A DNA stretch of 64,000 nt from an uncultured Methanosarcinales archaeon (GTDB taxonomy: Archaea > Nanobdellota > Nanobdellia > Woesearchaeales > GW2011-AR9). The DNA is taken from NCBI GenBank assembly GCA_964344235.1, contig CAYFMJ010000001.1, positions 348,875 through 412,874 on the forward strand, in the 5' to 3' direction. This document shows positions 45,685-55,218 of this stretch, piece by piece. The notes below the pieces were generated by a model that was not told the origin of the DNA, did no database searches, and was given only the letters and a program-made list of their open reading frames with translations. The translations under genes were made by a program, and so were the position numbers. The stretch's first letter is position 1. Every line of letters starts with the position of its first letter.

Positions 45685-45894
45685 CTACATTATGGTTATA
45701 ATCTTTATATACTTTTCTTGCTCAGTGAAGATAATTCTAATTTGGCGGCTGTCCACTTCGCTTATTGCTTCTTTTCTGCCATCCGCTAATTTTCTTGTGT
45801 ACTTGGGATGTTTCAGTGCGAGGCGAATTTGAATGTCGGTAATGGCCCGCTGTTTCATCCTCTTTTTTGCGTGAGCAGAATATTGTAACTCCAT
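45685..45894 (-). CDS. DUF4258-family protein (putative RelE-like toxin)
   Basis: YSAHAKKRMKQRAI...IITI. Confidence 0.75.
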   Translation of the reverse strand: MELQYSAHAKKRMKQRAITDIQIRLALKHPKYTRKLADGRKEAISEVDSRQIRIIFTEQEKYIKIITIM

Positions 45895-45898
45895 AGTC

Positions 45899-46126
45899 CT
45901 ATTGTGTTCGTGTCTCTAATCCTAATGCGTGGACTTCTTCTTTTAATTCTTCTTTTAGTGTATCATACACCATACGATGTTGTTCTAATAATGGTTTGCC
46001 TTTAAACCCTGCGTAGATAACAATGGCTTTAAGGTGTATGCCGTCTTTTCGGGGATCTTCGATCCGGACCTTCGAACCTGGCAGGCCTTGCTCGATCTTC
46101 TGCTGGATTTGGGTGGTTGTTAACAT
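45899..46126 (-). CDS. bolA: BolA/IbaG-family protein
   Basis: DGIHL...FKGKPLLEQHRMVY...VHAL. Confidence 0.85.
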   Translation of the reverse strand: MLTTTQIQQKIEQGLPGSKVRIEDPRKDGIHLKAIVIYAGFKGKPLLEQHRMVYDTLKEELKEEVHALGLETRTQ

Positions 46127-46469
46127 TGTTTGTGTAGGAACTTTCAATCAATATAAGTGTTTCTTCTAATAAGCCTGCAGCAGGGTGAGTTGTCCAGTCG
46201 CCGTTAACGTAGTGTCTTGTGCTAATGTGCATTGTAGTGTAAGGAGGTTTTGCGGCGATAGAATTGCCTAGTTTAATTGGAGGGAGTTCTGCAGAGGGAT
46301 GTGAGTAAGATCTGCCGTTTCTTCGTTCGTACCCTAAGTTTTGAAGAATATCTGGCCATTGTCTTGCAATGTCTGGGTGGCCTGCTCCGATAATTAGGCT
46401 GTCGTCGCTTGCGATAACGTGTCCACCACGAGCGCGGATTTGTTTAATTGTTGAGAGTAAATCTGACAT
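46029..46469 (-). CDS. Hypothetical protein; C-terminus overlaps bolA
   Basis: 146-aa ORF with ~100-nt out-of-frame overlap. Confidence 0.45.
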   Translation of the reverse strand: MSDLLSTIKQIRARGGHVIASDDSLIIGAGHPDIARQWPDILQNLGYERRNGRSYSHPSAELPPIKLGNSIAAKPPYTTMHISTRHYVNGDWTTHPAAGLLEETLILIESSYTNNVNNHPNPAEDRARPARFEGPDRRSPKRRHTP

Positions 46470-46544
46470 AATGGTTGCGGTTTAGGTGTGTTATTTAAGT
46501 TTTATTATGGAAATGGTTAAATAGTTTGTAATCCTATAAGTTGT

Positions 46545-46862
46545 ATGGGTTATGATAAGCTTGTTCGAGATAAAATTCCAGACAAAATTAGGGGGAATGG
46601 AGAAGTGCCGATTACGCGTATAGCGTCTGATGAGGAGTATTTGGAACGGCTTCGGGAAAAGTTGCAGGAAGAAGTGGCTGAGTTCTTAGAAAGTGGAGAT
46701 GTTGAGGAATTAGCAGATATTTTAGAAGTTGTGCATGCGTTAGGGAATGTTCATGACGTTGATAAAGTGAAATTAGAGGAGATTCGGTCTCGGAAGGCAG
46801 AAGAACGCGGTGGGTTTACAAGTAGGATTATTCTAGATGATGTGAGGGATCAGGAGTTTTAA
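46545..46862 (+). CDS. MazG/PRA-PH-like nucleoside triphosphate pyrophosphohydrolase
   Basis: KLVRDKIP, KLQEEVAE, EELADILE. Confidence 0.8.
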   Translation: MGYDKLVRDKIPDKIRGNGEVPITRIASDEEYLERLREKLQEEVAEFLESGDVEELADILEVVHALGNVHDVDKVKLEEIRSRKAEERGGFTSRIILDDVRDQEF

Positions 46863-46976
46863 CAGTAATCTTTATAAAAAAGTCACTTTTCTACGTATTA
46901 TTACCAATGAGTTGGTATAAAAACAATATCAACAAGGTAGCTCTCATATTCTGAAAGTTACTGTGGAGGTTCAAAA

Positions 46977-47297
46977 ATGGCTGATGAAGCAAAAGTATTA
47001 GAAGCGGTTGAAATCGCACGAACAACTGGAAAGATCTCAAAGGGATCAAATGAAGTTACTAAATCTATCGAGAAAGGTAACGCAAAATTAGTAGTTTACG
47101 CAGGAGACGTTTCTCCGAAAGAAATTGTGATGCACTTACCATTACTTTGTAAAGAGAAGAATGTGTTATGTGTAGAGATTTCAAAGAAAGATGATTTAGG
47201 AGCAGCAGCTGGTTTACCTGTCGCAACAGCAGCAGTGGCAGTTGTGAAAGAAGGAGAAGCAAAATCATTAATTGAATCACTCAGCAAGGCTGAATAG
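46977..47297 (+). CDS. rpl7ae: 50S ribosomal protein L7Ae
   Basis: KGSNEVTKSIEKG, DVSP, LGAAAG. Confidence 0.95.
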   Translation: MADEAKVLEAVEIARTTGKISKGSNEVTKSIEKGNAKLVVYAGDVSPKEIVMHLPLLCKEKNVLCVEISKKDDLGAAAGLPVATAAVAVVKEGEAKSLIESLSKAE

Positions 47298-47304
47298 GTG
47301 AAAA

Positions 47305-47604
47305 ATGGCGAAGAAGCAAGCAACACCACAATCAAAAGGGAAAAAAGGCGCTGAAACGAAAGGGGCCGAGGGAGAAATTAGATTTGCTCCTGGAATTCCT
47401 GCTGAAGTGAAAGAAATTGTCGGAAGAACTGGTAGCAGAGGAGAATTATCACAAGTTATGTGCCAGGTACTTGAAGGGCGAGATCAAAATAAAGCGTTAC
47501 GACGAAACGTGAAAGGTCCTGTACAAGTGGGAGATATCTTAATGCTACTGGAAACAGAATTTGAAGCGCACCGTCTTGGAGGCGGTAGACGAGGACGGAA
47601 GTGA
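47305..47604 (+). CDS. rps28e: 30S ribosomal protein S28e
   Basis: [20 protein letters not shown]. Confidence 0.92.
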   Translation: MAKKQATPQSKGKKGAETKGAEGEIRFAPGIPAEVKEIVGRTGSRGELSQVMCQVLEGRDQNKALRRNVKGPVQVGDILMLLETEFEAHRLGGGRRGRK

Positions 47605-47610
47605 TGACTT

Positions 47611-47946
47611 ATGCCTAAATGTGCTTTTTCAGGAGAATCAATTAAGAAAGGAACAGGATTAATGTACGTGCTAAAAGATGGAAAGATCTTATGGTTTAAG
47701 AATTCTAAAGCTCGTAAAAACTTTTTACAATTAAAACGTAAACCTTTGCGGACAAAATGGACGGAACATTACCGTAAAGAGCATAAGAAGGGAGTGAAGC
47801 AGGAAGTTCCTGCTGCGAAAGCTGAAGCGAAGAAAGCTCCAGTAGAAGAGAAGAAAGAAGCGGCTCCTGCGGAAAAGGTTGAAACGAAAGCAGAGACAAA
47901 AGAGAAGGCGACCAAGGAGAAGAAAGGGGATTCCAATGGTAAATGA
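47611..47946 (+). CDS. rpl24e: 50S ribosomal protein L24e with A/E/K-rich tail
   Basis: KGTGLMYV.KDG, KWT. Confidence 0.9.
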   Translation: MPKCAFSGESIKKGTGLMYVLKDGKILWFKNSKARKNFLQLKRKPLRTKWTEHYRKEHKKGVKQEVPAAKAEAKKAPVEEKKEAAPAEKVETKAETKEKATKEKKGDSNGK

Positions 47947-48517
47947 ACTAATTGAACGAACATTTATTGCATTTAAACATGATGCTTTACAGCGGGGTTT
48001 AGTTGGGAGTTGCATTTCTCGGTTTGAAGATAAAGGCCTTAAGTTAATTGGTATCAAAATGATTCTGCCAACGGAAGAGATGGCGAAGCAACATTACAAA
48101 CTTACTCCAGAGTTTATTGAGAAATTGGGTAATAACACTCGAAAAGCTGCAGCTGCTAAAGGTATTGAAATGAAGGAGACGAACGAGGAAATTGCAACGA
48201 GAGTTCGTAATTGGAATGTTCAATATCTTACAGAGGGCCCAGTTATTGCAATGGTATGGGAGGGGTTCCATGCGATTGAAGTTGGCCGAAAGATTGTTGG
48301 GCATGCGGAATCACGACAAGCACCAATTGGCACGATTCGAGGAGATTTTAGTGTTGAGTCATACCAAATGGCTGATGCGCTGGCAAGACCATTACGAAAT
48401 TTAGTCCATGCATCGGGAGATAAGGAAGAAGCAGAAAATGAGGTAAACTTATGGTTTTCACCGGAAGATCTTCATAGCTGGAGTAAAGAACGTTGGAAAG
48501 TAATGCATAAATTATAA
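47936..48517 (+). CDS. ndk: Nucleoside diphosphate kinase
   Basis: ERTFIAFKHD, GTIRGDF, NLVHASG. Confidence 0.92.
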   Translation: MVNELIERTFIAFKHDALQRGLVGSCISRFEDKGLKLIGIKMILPTEEMAKQHYKLTPEFIEKLGNNTRKAAAAKGIEMKETNEEIATRVRNWNVQYLTEGPVIAMVWEGFHAIEVGRKIVGHAESRQAPIGTIRGDFSVESYQMADALARPLRNLVHASGDKEEAENEVNLWFSPEDLHSWSKERWKVMHKL

Positions 48518-49545
48518 TGAGAATTGTTGTTTTGGGGTCACCGGGTGTTGGAAAAGGAACATATACACAAGCACTGGTCGAAAAGACAGGAATTCTTCAT
48601 ATTTCTACAGGGGATTTGTTCCGCCACCACATTCGTGAAGCAACAGAATTAGGAAAGCAAGTGCAGCAGTATTTAGATGCAGGGAAACTTGTGCCTGACA
48701 CATTAACGATTGCTCTTATCAAAGAACGGCTGTGTGAAGATGATTGCTCACAGGGGTTTGTGTTGGACGGATTCCCACGGACCATAGCTCAGGCGGAGGC
48801 ACTAGAACAGTTTACTCCTATTGACTTGGTCCTTTCATTTTCAGCAGATAGAGAAGTTATCATTTCGCGGCTAACTGGTAGAATGATCTGCCGTGATTGT
48901 AGTAGGATTTATCACAAGAAAAACATGTTGCCAAAAGAGCACGGAATTTGTGATCTTTGTAATGGTGAGATCTATGAACGAGAAGATGATCAACCAGGAG
49001 CAATTCGCCAAAGGTTAGAGTTATATGAGAAAGAAACTGCACCGTTAATTGAATATTATACACAAAAAGGTTTGCTTAAGAATCTTCTCATTAATGAGGA
49101 TTTTGGGACGCATGGTCAGGAAATCATGGGGAAAATACTGGCGGTTCTTGATGAAGTGGCTCAGTCGCGGGGAGTTGCATTACAGTCAGCGCAGAGGACT
49201 GTTATGAAATTTAATGAAGAACGAGAATGGTTTAGTCGTCAGACAGATATCAAAGATCTTTTGCTTAACATTATGGAAGAGTGTGGTGAAGCGTGGAACC
49301 TAATCAAATGGGTCGATCTTGAGAAGCAGCGAGAGTTAGTGAAAGAACAGCATGATCAATGGGAAGACTTTATTGGTGATCAATTATATTTATTGTTGAA
49401 AATAGCAGCGCTTACCGGTGTTGATGCTGAGAAGGCGTTTGACAGAACTATGAAAGATTATGAGAAACGCTTTCCTGTTACGAAAGTTAAAGGAACTCAC
49501 ACAAACCTTCATGCAGGCGGGTATGATGGGAAATATGTGGGATAA
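48517..49545 (+). CDS. adk: Bacterial-type adenylate kinase fused to MazG-like NTP pyrophosphatase
   Basis: GSPGVGKGT, STGDLFR, LDGFPR, Zn-LID CRDC...CDLC; C-terminal MEECGE...EDFIGD. Confidence 0.8.
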   Translation: MRIVVLGSPGVGKGTYTQALVEKTGILHISTGDLFRHHIREATELGKQVQQYLDAGKLVPDTLTIALIKERLCEDDCSQGFVLDGFPRTIAQAEALEQFTPIDLVLSFSADREVIISRLTGRMICRDCSRIYHKKNMLPKEHGICDLCNGEIYEREDDQPGAIRQRLELYEKETAPLIEYYTQKGLLKNLLINEDFGTHGQEIMGKILAVLDEVAQSRGVALQSAQRTVMKFNEEREWFSRQTDIKDLLLNIMEECGEAWNLIKWVDLEKQRELVKEQHDQWEDFIGDQLYLLLKIAALTGVDAEKAFDRTMKDYEKRFPVTKVKGTHTNLHAGGYDGKYVG

Positions 49546-49625
49546 ACTATGGCAAAAGACTTAAAAAGAAGCTGGAAACACACTAAAAATAGCAAAAATA
49601 ATCATATTCACGGAGGAATTTCATA

Positions 49626-51821
49626 ATGGCAGAGAAAATGGTGGAAAAAGTGACTCGATTAATGAAGTCGCCAAAAAACATTCGAAATATTGGGGTATGT
49701 GCACATATCGATCACGGTAAAACAACGTTCTCAGATAATCTATTACAAGGAGCTGGCATGATGTCAGAGGAACTTGCAGGAAAAGCAAGACAGTTAGACT
49801 TCCATGCAGATGAGCAAGAGAGAGGAATTACCATTGACTCTGCGTCCGTTTCTATGGTTCATGAGGTTGAAGGAGAAGAATTCTTAATTAACTTAATTGA
49901 TACACCTGGTCACGTTGATTTCGGTGGGGACGTTACCCGAGCTATGAGAGCAGTAGATGGAGCGATTACATTAATCTGTGCGTCCGAAGGACCGATGCCA
50001 CAGACAGAGACTGTATTACGGCAAGCATTGAAAGAAAGAGTTCGACCAGTATTATTCATTAACAAAACTGATAGGCTAATCAAAGAATTAAAATTAACAC
50101 CGCAACAGATGCAAGAGCGGTTTGTGAAGCAGATTGCGGAAGTTAACAAAATCATCCGAAACGTAGCGCCAGAAGAGTATAAAGAGAAGTGGCAGGTAAG
50201 CGTTGAAAAAGGGACGGTTGCATTTGGTTCTGCATTCCATAATTGGGCTGTGAGTTTACCATTTATGCAGAAGAAAGGAGTAACATTTCAGGAAGTAATT
50301 GATGCATACCAAGGAACAGATGAAGAGATTAAAGAAAAAACACGAGCATTAGCTCGAAAAGCACCACTGCATGAAGTTGTGCTTAACATGGTTATTGAAC
50401 ATCATCCTGGTCCTGCAGAGGCACAGGAATATAGAATTCCACGATTGTGGCAGGGAGATTTAGAGAGTACTGATGGAAAAGCATTGTTACGGTGTGATCC
50501 TAACGGTCGGTTATTCTTCGTTATTACTAAAGTAGTTGTCGATCCACAGGCTGGAGAAATTGCAGCAGGTAGGTTATTTGGTGGGACAATGAAGAAAGGT
50601 GAGGAAGTCTATCTTAACTTAGCGAAATCACCAGCACGTGTACAGCAAGTCTACATTTACAATGGAGCGAAGCGGGAGATTGTTGATAATGTTCCTGCAG
50701 GGAATATTATTGGTATCGGTGGAATGCGAGCAGGTATTCCTGGAGAAACAGTTACCTCTGGCGGTCCAACAGAACCGTTTGAAAAAATTACGCACATCTT
50801 CGATCCGGTTGTGACAAAAGCTATTGAAGCAAAGAAACCATCAGACTTACCAAAGTTAATTGATGTTCTCCGACAGGTACAGAAAGAAGACCCTACCATC
50901 GTTATTGAAATTAACGAAGAAACTGGTGAGCACTTGATGCACGGTATGGGAGAGTTACACTTAGAAGTTATTGAAAACAGAATCATTAAAGAAAAAGGAG
51001 TGGAGGTAAAAACATCTCCTCCGATTGTTGTATACCGAGAAGCTGTAACCACAAAAAGTGGAGAAGTAGAAGGAAAGTCTCCGAACAAACACAACAAGTT
51101 GTACTTTGTTGTTGAACCACTTGAAGAAAACGTTGTGGAAGCGATTAAAGAGGGGCAACTTCCGAAAGGCCGATGGAAGAAGAAAGATAATGATAACGTT
51201 GCAGTATTACGTGAGTTAGGATGGGATACAAAGGTTGCGTCAAAAGTTAAGGGAATTTTTGATGGTAACATGTTTATCGATCAGACACGTGGTATTGTTC
51301 AAATTAACGAGATCATGGAGCTAGTGTTGGATATGTTTGAGGATGTGATGAAAGCAGGCCCTCTGGCGAAAGAACCATGTTTAAACGTAAAGGTAAGCTT
51401 AATGGATTGTAAGTTGCACGAAGATGCCATCCACAGAGGTCCATCACAGATGTACCCTGCTGTACGAGAAGGAATTAGAGGAGCGATGATGCAAGCAAAG
51501 CCTGTACTGTATGAGCCATTACAAGTGATGCGAATCGAAGCTCCTAACGAGTATGTGGGAGAGATCTCTAAGTTAATCTCAGGTAAGCGAGGTCAGTTAC
51601 TTGATATGAATCAAGAGGGAGATGTCACTGTTGTGAAAGCTAAATTACCAGTAGCAGAATTGTTCGGTTGGTCGAATGATTTACGATCCGCAACTGGCGG
51701 TCGTGGAAACAGTTCACTAGTTGACCAGACATTCGAGAAGTTACCTGGAGAGTTGCAGGATAAAGTTAAGAATCAAATTGTGCAGCGGAAAGGGTTAAGT
51801 CAGGGAAGTTTGGGGGCTTAG
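49626..51821 (+). CDS. fusA: Elongation factor 2 (aEF-2)
   Basis: AHIDHGKT, RGITI, DTPGH, NKTD, diphthamide loop HEDAIHRG. Confidence 0.97.
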   Translation: MAEKMVEKVTRLMKSPKNIRNIGVCAHIDHGKTTFSDNLLQGAGMMSEELAGKARQLDFHADEQERGITIDSASVSMVHEVEGEEFLINLIDTPGHVDFGGDVTRAMRAVDGAITLICASEGPMPQTETVLRQALKERVRPVLFINKTDRLIKELKLTPQQMQERFVKQIAEVNKIIRNVAPEEYKEKWQVSVEKGTVAFGSAFHNWAVSLPFMQKKGVTFQEVIDAYQGTDEEIKEKTRALARKAPLHEVVLNMVIEHHPGPAEAQEYRIPRLWQGDLESTDGKALLRCDPNGRLFFVITKVVVDPQAGEIAAGRLFGGTMKKGEEVYLNLAKSPARVQQVYIYNGAKREIVDNVPAGNIIGIGGMRAGIPGETVTSGGPTEPFEKITHIFDPVVTKAIEAKKPSDLPKLIDVLRQVQKEDPTIVIEINEETGEHLMHGMGELHLEVIENRIIKEKGVEVKTSPPIVVYREAVTTKSGEVEGKSPNKHNKLYFVVEPLEENVVEAIKEGQLPKGRWKKKDNDNVAVLRELGWDTKVASKVKGIFDGNMFIDQTRGIVQINEIMELVLDMFEDVMKAGPLAKEPCLNVKVSLMDCKLHEDAIHRGPSQMYPAVREGIRGAMMQAKPVLYEPLQVMRIEAPNEYVGEISKLISGKRGQLLDMNQEGDVTVVKAKLPVAELFGWSNDLRSATGGRGNSSLVDQTFEKLPGELQDKVKNQIVQRKGLSQGSLGA

Positions 51822-51882
51822 AAATGCAACTCTTTGAGCTACTGAACTTTCAGGTAGGTTTGGAAACCGTGTTGAGGCTGAG

Positions 51883-52140
51883 GTGCCTCTCTTGGTGCAC
51901 AATAGGCCCTCCGTTGGAGAAGAAGTTTTGATATCTTCGGTTGGGTATTGGCCTTCTGAACAATGGTGCACCGCTTCAGCAGTTGTTGTTGACCCAGATT
52001 ACTCAGAAAATGGCCGGCGCTTTGTTGAAGTTAAACTCTTAGGTGAACCTGGTTTTCGTTACAAATCTAGAGGTTGCACTTATGTTCCTGGGCAGAAGTT
52101 TTTTGTTCCAGAAGAAGATGTTTTCCTATACGAAAGCTAA
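51883..52140 (+). CDS. Hypothetical protein
   Basis: 85-aa ORF with GTG start and GAGG upstream. Confidence 0.35.
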   Translation: MPLLVHNRPSVGEEVLISSVGYWPSEQWCTASAVVVDPDYSENGRRFVEVKLLGEPGFRYKSRGCTYVPGQKFFVPEEDVFLYES

Positions 52141-52470
52141 TTGATTATTGACTCTTATTTTTCCTTTCGATTTGTTTTTTGCTAATTCTATGACATACTG
52201 TGCTTTGTTTTTTGACTTCCAGAACGTGAATGGTCTAAAGTTCTGTTTTATTTCGATAACTTCTTTGTTTTTGTTTAGTAAGATGATGTCTATAGGATAG
52301 AACACAAAGAAATTGTGAAGTGAGACTCTCTTTGGTTCTTTGAAAACCATGATGAGGTTTTGTTTTTTTCTAAACATTAATCCACGTGTCTGCTGTACAG
52401 TGGTAGTGCAGAGGATTTCTTTGTCTGAAATCTTTTTGTTTGTTGTTTTGTTGATTATCATAGATTCCAC
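52126..52470 (-). CDS. DUF192-family protein
   Basis: RGLMFR, FYPIDIILLN, YVIEL. Confidence 0.8.
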   Translation of the reverse strand: MESMIINKTTNKKISDKEILCTTTVQQTRGLMFRKKQNLIMVFKEPKRVSLHNFFVFYPIDIILLNKNKEVIEIKQNFRPFTFWKSKNKAQYVIELAKNKSKGKIRVNNQLAFV

Positions 52471-52910
52471 ACCTCATCTCCCACGTAATGGATGTTTTTG
52501 ATTACTTTACCAGAAGTTGCATTTTGCATTTCGGTTGTGTCGAGAAGTGCGATGCCAATGGCAAGTGGTTTCTGGTTGTTTTCATCGACAATGGTGATGA
52601 ATTCTTCTTTTGCAATGTTGTCTGCGATGTTAGTGATACCTGGGCGCATAATGTCCGCCCCTTTGATCACAAACTTCACTGCACCCATATCAACTGTGAT
52701 GTGTCTTAGTATGTTTGGGTGTGTTTGTAAGTATTTTAATGTGGGAAGAATTGTGTTGTTGTAGTAAAAGAATGAAATAATGTCATTGATAACGAGGAGT
52801 TTATACTTTTCCGTTTGGACAGATTCTATTTTATCTTTCTTTGAATGCTCTATGTTGTATGGTTCTAATAACTTGTTTGCGTCCTTTGCCTTAATACGAG
52901 TACGTTTCAT
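52458..52910 (-). CDS. PUA-domain RNA-binding protein (DUF1947/MCT-1-like)
   Basis: VDMGAVKFVIKGADIMRPGI, IHYVGD. Confidence 0.88.
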   Translation of the reverse strand: MKRTRIKAKDANKLLEPYNIEHSKKDKIESVQTEKYKLLVINDIISFFYYNNTILPTLKYLQTHPNILRHITVDMGAVKFVIKGADIMRPGITNIADNIAKEEFITIVDENNQKPLAIGIALLDTTEMQNATSGKVIKNIHYVGDEVWNL

Positions 52911-53066
52911 ACGTTAACCTAATAATGAAAGCATTAATAATTGTTGTTGTCTCTGGCGAGTGGTGTTTGGTGGAAACTTTTATACTTTGCGAATACTTGC
53001 GACAGAGCTTCTGATCCACGAAAATTTGGACATTTGAGAAAAATAAGAAACGGAGGCTTCGTAAAA

Positions 53067-53447
53067 ATGGTAATAATTCGCAAAAGTGTTTTTGACAAGT
53101 TGGAAGAAGTAAAGCAACTCATCCACCAAATTGATCCAGAAATAGAAAATATCTCTGTTCTACTTGGGAAGATAGGCACACACCATTACAATAAGAAGAA
53201 AGGGATGTTGTTAGGAAAACACAAAGAAATATACAACATACTCAGAGAGAACAGTATAAACCCCTACACGGCGTACAAATGGAGCCTCTTAGAACGCGTT
53301 CCTGAAGAAATTAAGTATCAACTGCAGCATAGATTACTTGGCCAGAAGAAAGCAAAGAAATTTGCGACAAAACAAAAGAGATGTACAGATTCAGCGCTTC
53401 AAATTGATATTAAACAACGTGGAATGATGTTAATCAGGGGTCTTTAA
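53067..53447 (+). CDS. Hypothetical protein
   Basis: GGAGG SD; coupled to the recombinase gene. Confidence 0.6.
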   Translation: MVIIRKSVFDKLEEVKQLIHQIDPEIENISVLLGKIGTHHYNKKKGMLLGKHKEIYNILRENSINPYTAYKWSLLERVPEEIKYQLQHRLLGQKKAKKFATKQKRCTDSALQIDIKQRGMMLIRGL

Positions 53448-53448
53448 C

Positions 53449-54195
53449 ATGGCAAATATTCGAGCAGTTAAACAGAAAGGGAGAAAACTTCCGAATGTCT
53501 TTAGTAAGAAACAATTGGTTGATCTCTTTCTTACAATCCGGGAAACAGAAATCTTTGTCGCTGCATTACTGGCGTTGTTCTGTGGTTTTCGCATTAGTGA
53601 AATATGCAAGCTAAGAAAAGATGACGTTGATTTGGATTCAGAGAGGATTAAAGTTGTACAGGGAAAGGGACATAAAGATCGCTATGTAATGGTGCCATCA
53701 AAACTGGTTCCATTTTTGAAACAATGGTTCCGCGTTCACCCAGATACTCCCTATGTCATCCCAGCACCGTACAAGGGACATTATAATGTTGGTTCGTTCC
53801 AAGCAAAATTTAGGAAATACCTTAAAGAAGCAGGTTTGTCCATGAAAGTTGGTCAGTCATCAACTGGGCTGCCTATTTATGCCTACAAATTTCATACATT
53901 ACGTCATACATATGCAACATTATTGTTAGAGAGAGGTGTTGATTTACATTATATCCAACGTGCACTCGGTCATTCTGACCTTCATACAACCCAAATTTAC
54001 GCGTATATTGGACAGAAAGATCTCCACAATAAGATTAATGCAGCGTTTGGTTCTGGACGTTCAAAACAGCGTCAAGCGCACAATACAACGGATCCAATTC
54101 AGTTGTTACAACTTAAATTAGCTGAGGGGGATATTGGCAAGAAAGAATACTTAGATAAACTGGACTTATTACAGCAAAGTTCAAGTTTGGCCTAA
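53449..54195 (+). CDS. Tyrosine recombinase, catalytic domain only, with C-terminal SHOCT-like helices
   Basis: GFRISE (R), GKGHK (K), HTLRH, LGH, TTQIY; tail DPIQLLQLKLAEGDIGKKEY. Confidence 0.9.
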   Translation: MANIRAVKQKGRKLPNVFSKKQLVDLFLTIRETEIFVAALLALFCGFRISEICKLRKDDVDLDSERIKVVQGKGHKDRYVMVPSKLVPFLKQWFRVHPDTPYVIPAPYKGHYNVGSFQAKFRKYLKEAGLSMKVGQSSTGLPIYAYKFHTLRHTYATLLLERGVDLHYIQRALGHSDLHTTQIYAYIGQKDLHNKINAAFGSGRSKQRQAHNTTDPIQLLQLKLAEGDIGKKEYLDKLDLLQQSSSLA

Positions 54196-54230
54196 ACATT
54201 TAAATAACAGTTCGATTTATCATACTAAAA

Positions 54231-54767
54231 ATGGAAGCAAAATTTAAAAGATTATTTTTTGATGAGACTCTACGAAGATGGCATTTTGGAACCATTGTGC
54301 GGGAGGCGGGTGTCAGTAGAGAAAGAGTTCACCATTTCCTTAAAAAACTGTGTAAAGAGAAATTCATCAAACGAGTAAAGCCACAAGGTAAAATGCCCTA
54401 TTATATCGCGAATCGTGATCTTCCTTCATTTCGTGCAGAGAAACGTCTTTTTGGGCTTCAACAATTGGAAGAACTCTTTAGTCACCTTACTCAATGTACA
54501 GGTGTTACGACAGCTATTCTTTTTGGGAGTTTTGCACGAGGCGATTGGAGTAAATCAAGTGATATTGATTTATTTATCTATGGTGACGATAGCCAGTTTG
54601 AAAAGGGGAAATTTGAAACAAAATTGGGAAGGGAAATACAAGTATTTTCTTATAACAATTCAAAAAAAGTACAAGAGAGATTAGACCCAAAAGTCATTCC
54701 AAATATCATTAAAGGGTTTCATATTACAGAAAGTATTGAACCGTTTGAGGTGACTGTCCATGCCTAG
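54231..54767 (+). CDS. Minimal nucleotidyltransferase (MNT) antitoxin with N-terminal HTH
   Basis: LFGSFARG...SDIDL. Confidence 0.85.
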   Translation: MEAKFKRLFFDETLRRWHFGTIVREAGVSRERVHHFLKKLCKEKFIKRVKPQGKMPYYIANRDLPSFRAEKRLFGLQQLEELFSHLTQCTGVTTAILFGSFARGDWSKSSDIDLFIYGDDSQFEKGKFETKLGREIQVFSYNNSKKVQERLDPKVIPNIIKGFHITESIEPFEVTVHA

Positions 54768-55218
54768 AGAATACACTCCAGACCAGATTTATGATAAGTT
54801 AGTACGTGAAGGAGCATACCACGAGGCGCATCTTGATAAAGATGAAGTGAGAAAAGTTCTTACAATGACTATAGAAGATTACACCTTTGGTAAAGAAATT
54901 AGGAGATCATCCAATCCAAGTTGGCGCGTCGTATTTAATGTTCATTATGACGTATTCCGTGAACTCTGTGACCAATTAATACGTTTTCACAAGCAAAAAA
55001 TAAGTAACCATCAAGGGTTATTTGCATTTATTATACTCAATTTTAACGATCTTGCTTTAGATTGGGATTTTCTTGAGAAAATCAGGACACTCAGGAACAA
55101 AAATAAGTATGAAGGTCTTGATATTAGTAAAAAAATGTGGCAACAAGTCGAATTACAATTTGATTTGTATATCTCCGCAATTCGTAAAGAGATTGAGGAA
55201 GGATTAAACGCTCTCTGA
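54760..55218 (+). CDS. HEPN-domain protein (putative toxin)
   Basis: Downstream of MNT; RNKNKY motif; NHQGLF. Confidence 0.65.
   Translation: MPREYTPDQIYDKLVREGAYHEAHLDKDEVRKVLTMTIEDYTFGKEIRRSSNPSWRVVFNVHYDVFRELCDQLIRFHKQKISNHQGLFAFIILNFNDLALDWDFLEKIRTLRNKNKYEGLDISKKMWQQVELQFDLYISAIRKEIEEGLNAL

Noticed and set aside
46900-46976. K-turn autoregulatory element in the rpl7ae leader
   Set aside because: ATGA and CTGA words and a small hairpin are present, but I could not build a convincing C-stem/bulge/tandem GA geometry by eye.
52911-53066. Missing 3' half of the capsule gene, or a tRNA-derived att site, at the island's left end
   Set aside because: Minus-strand translations show no capsule-synthesis motifs, and no tRNA 3'-end duplication is visible.
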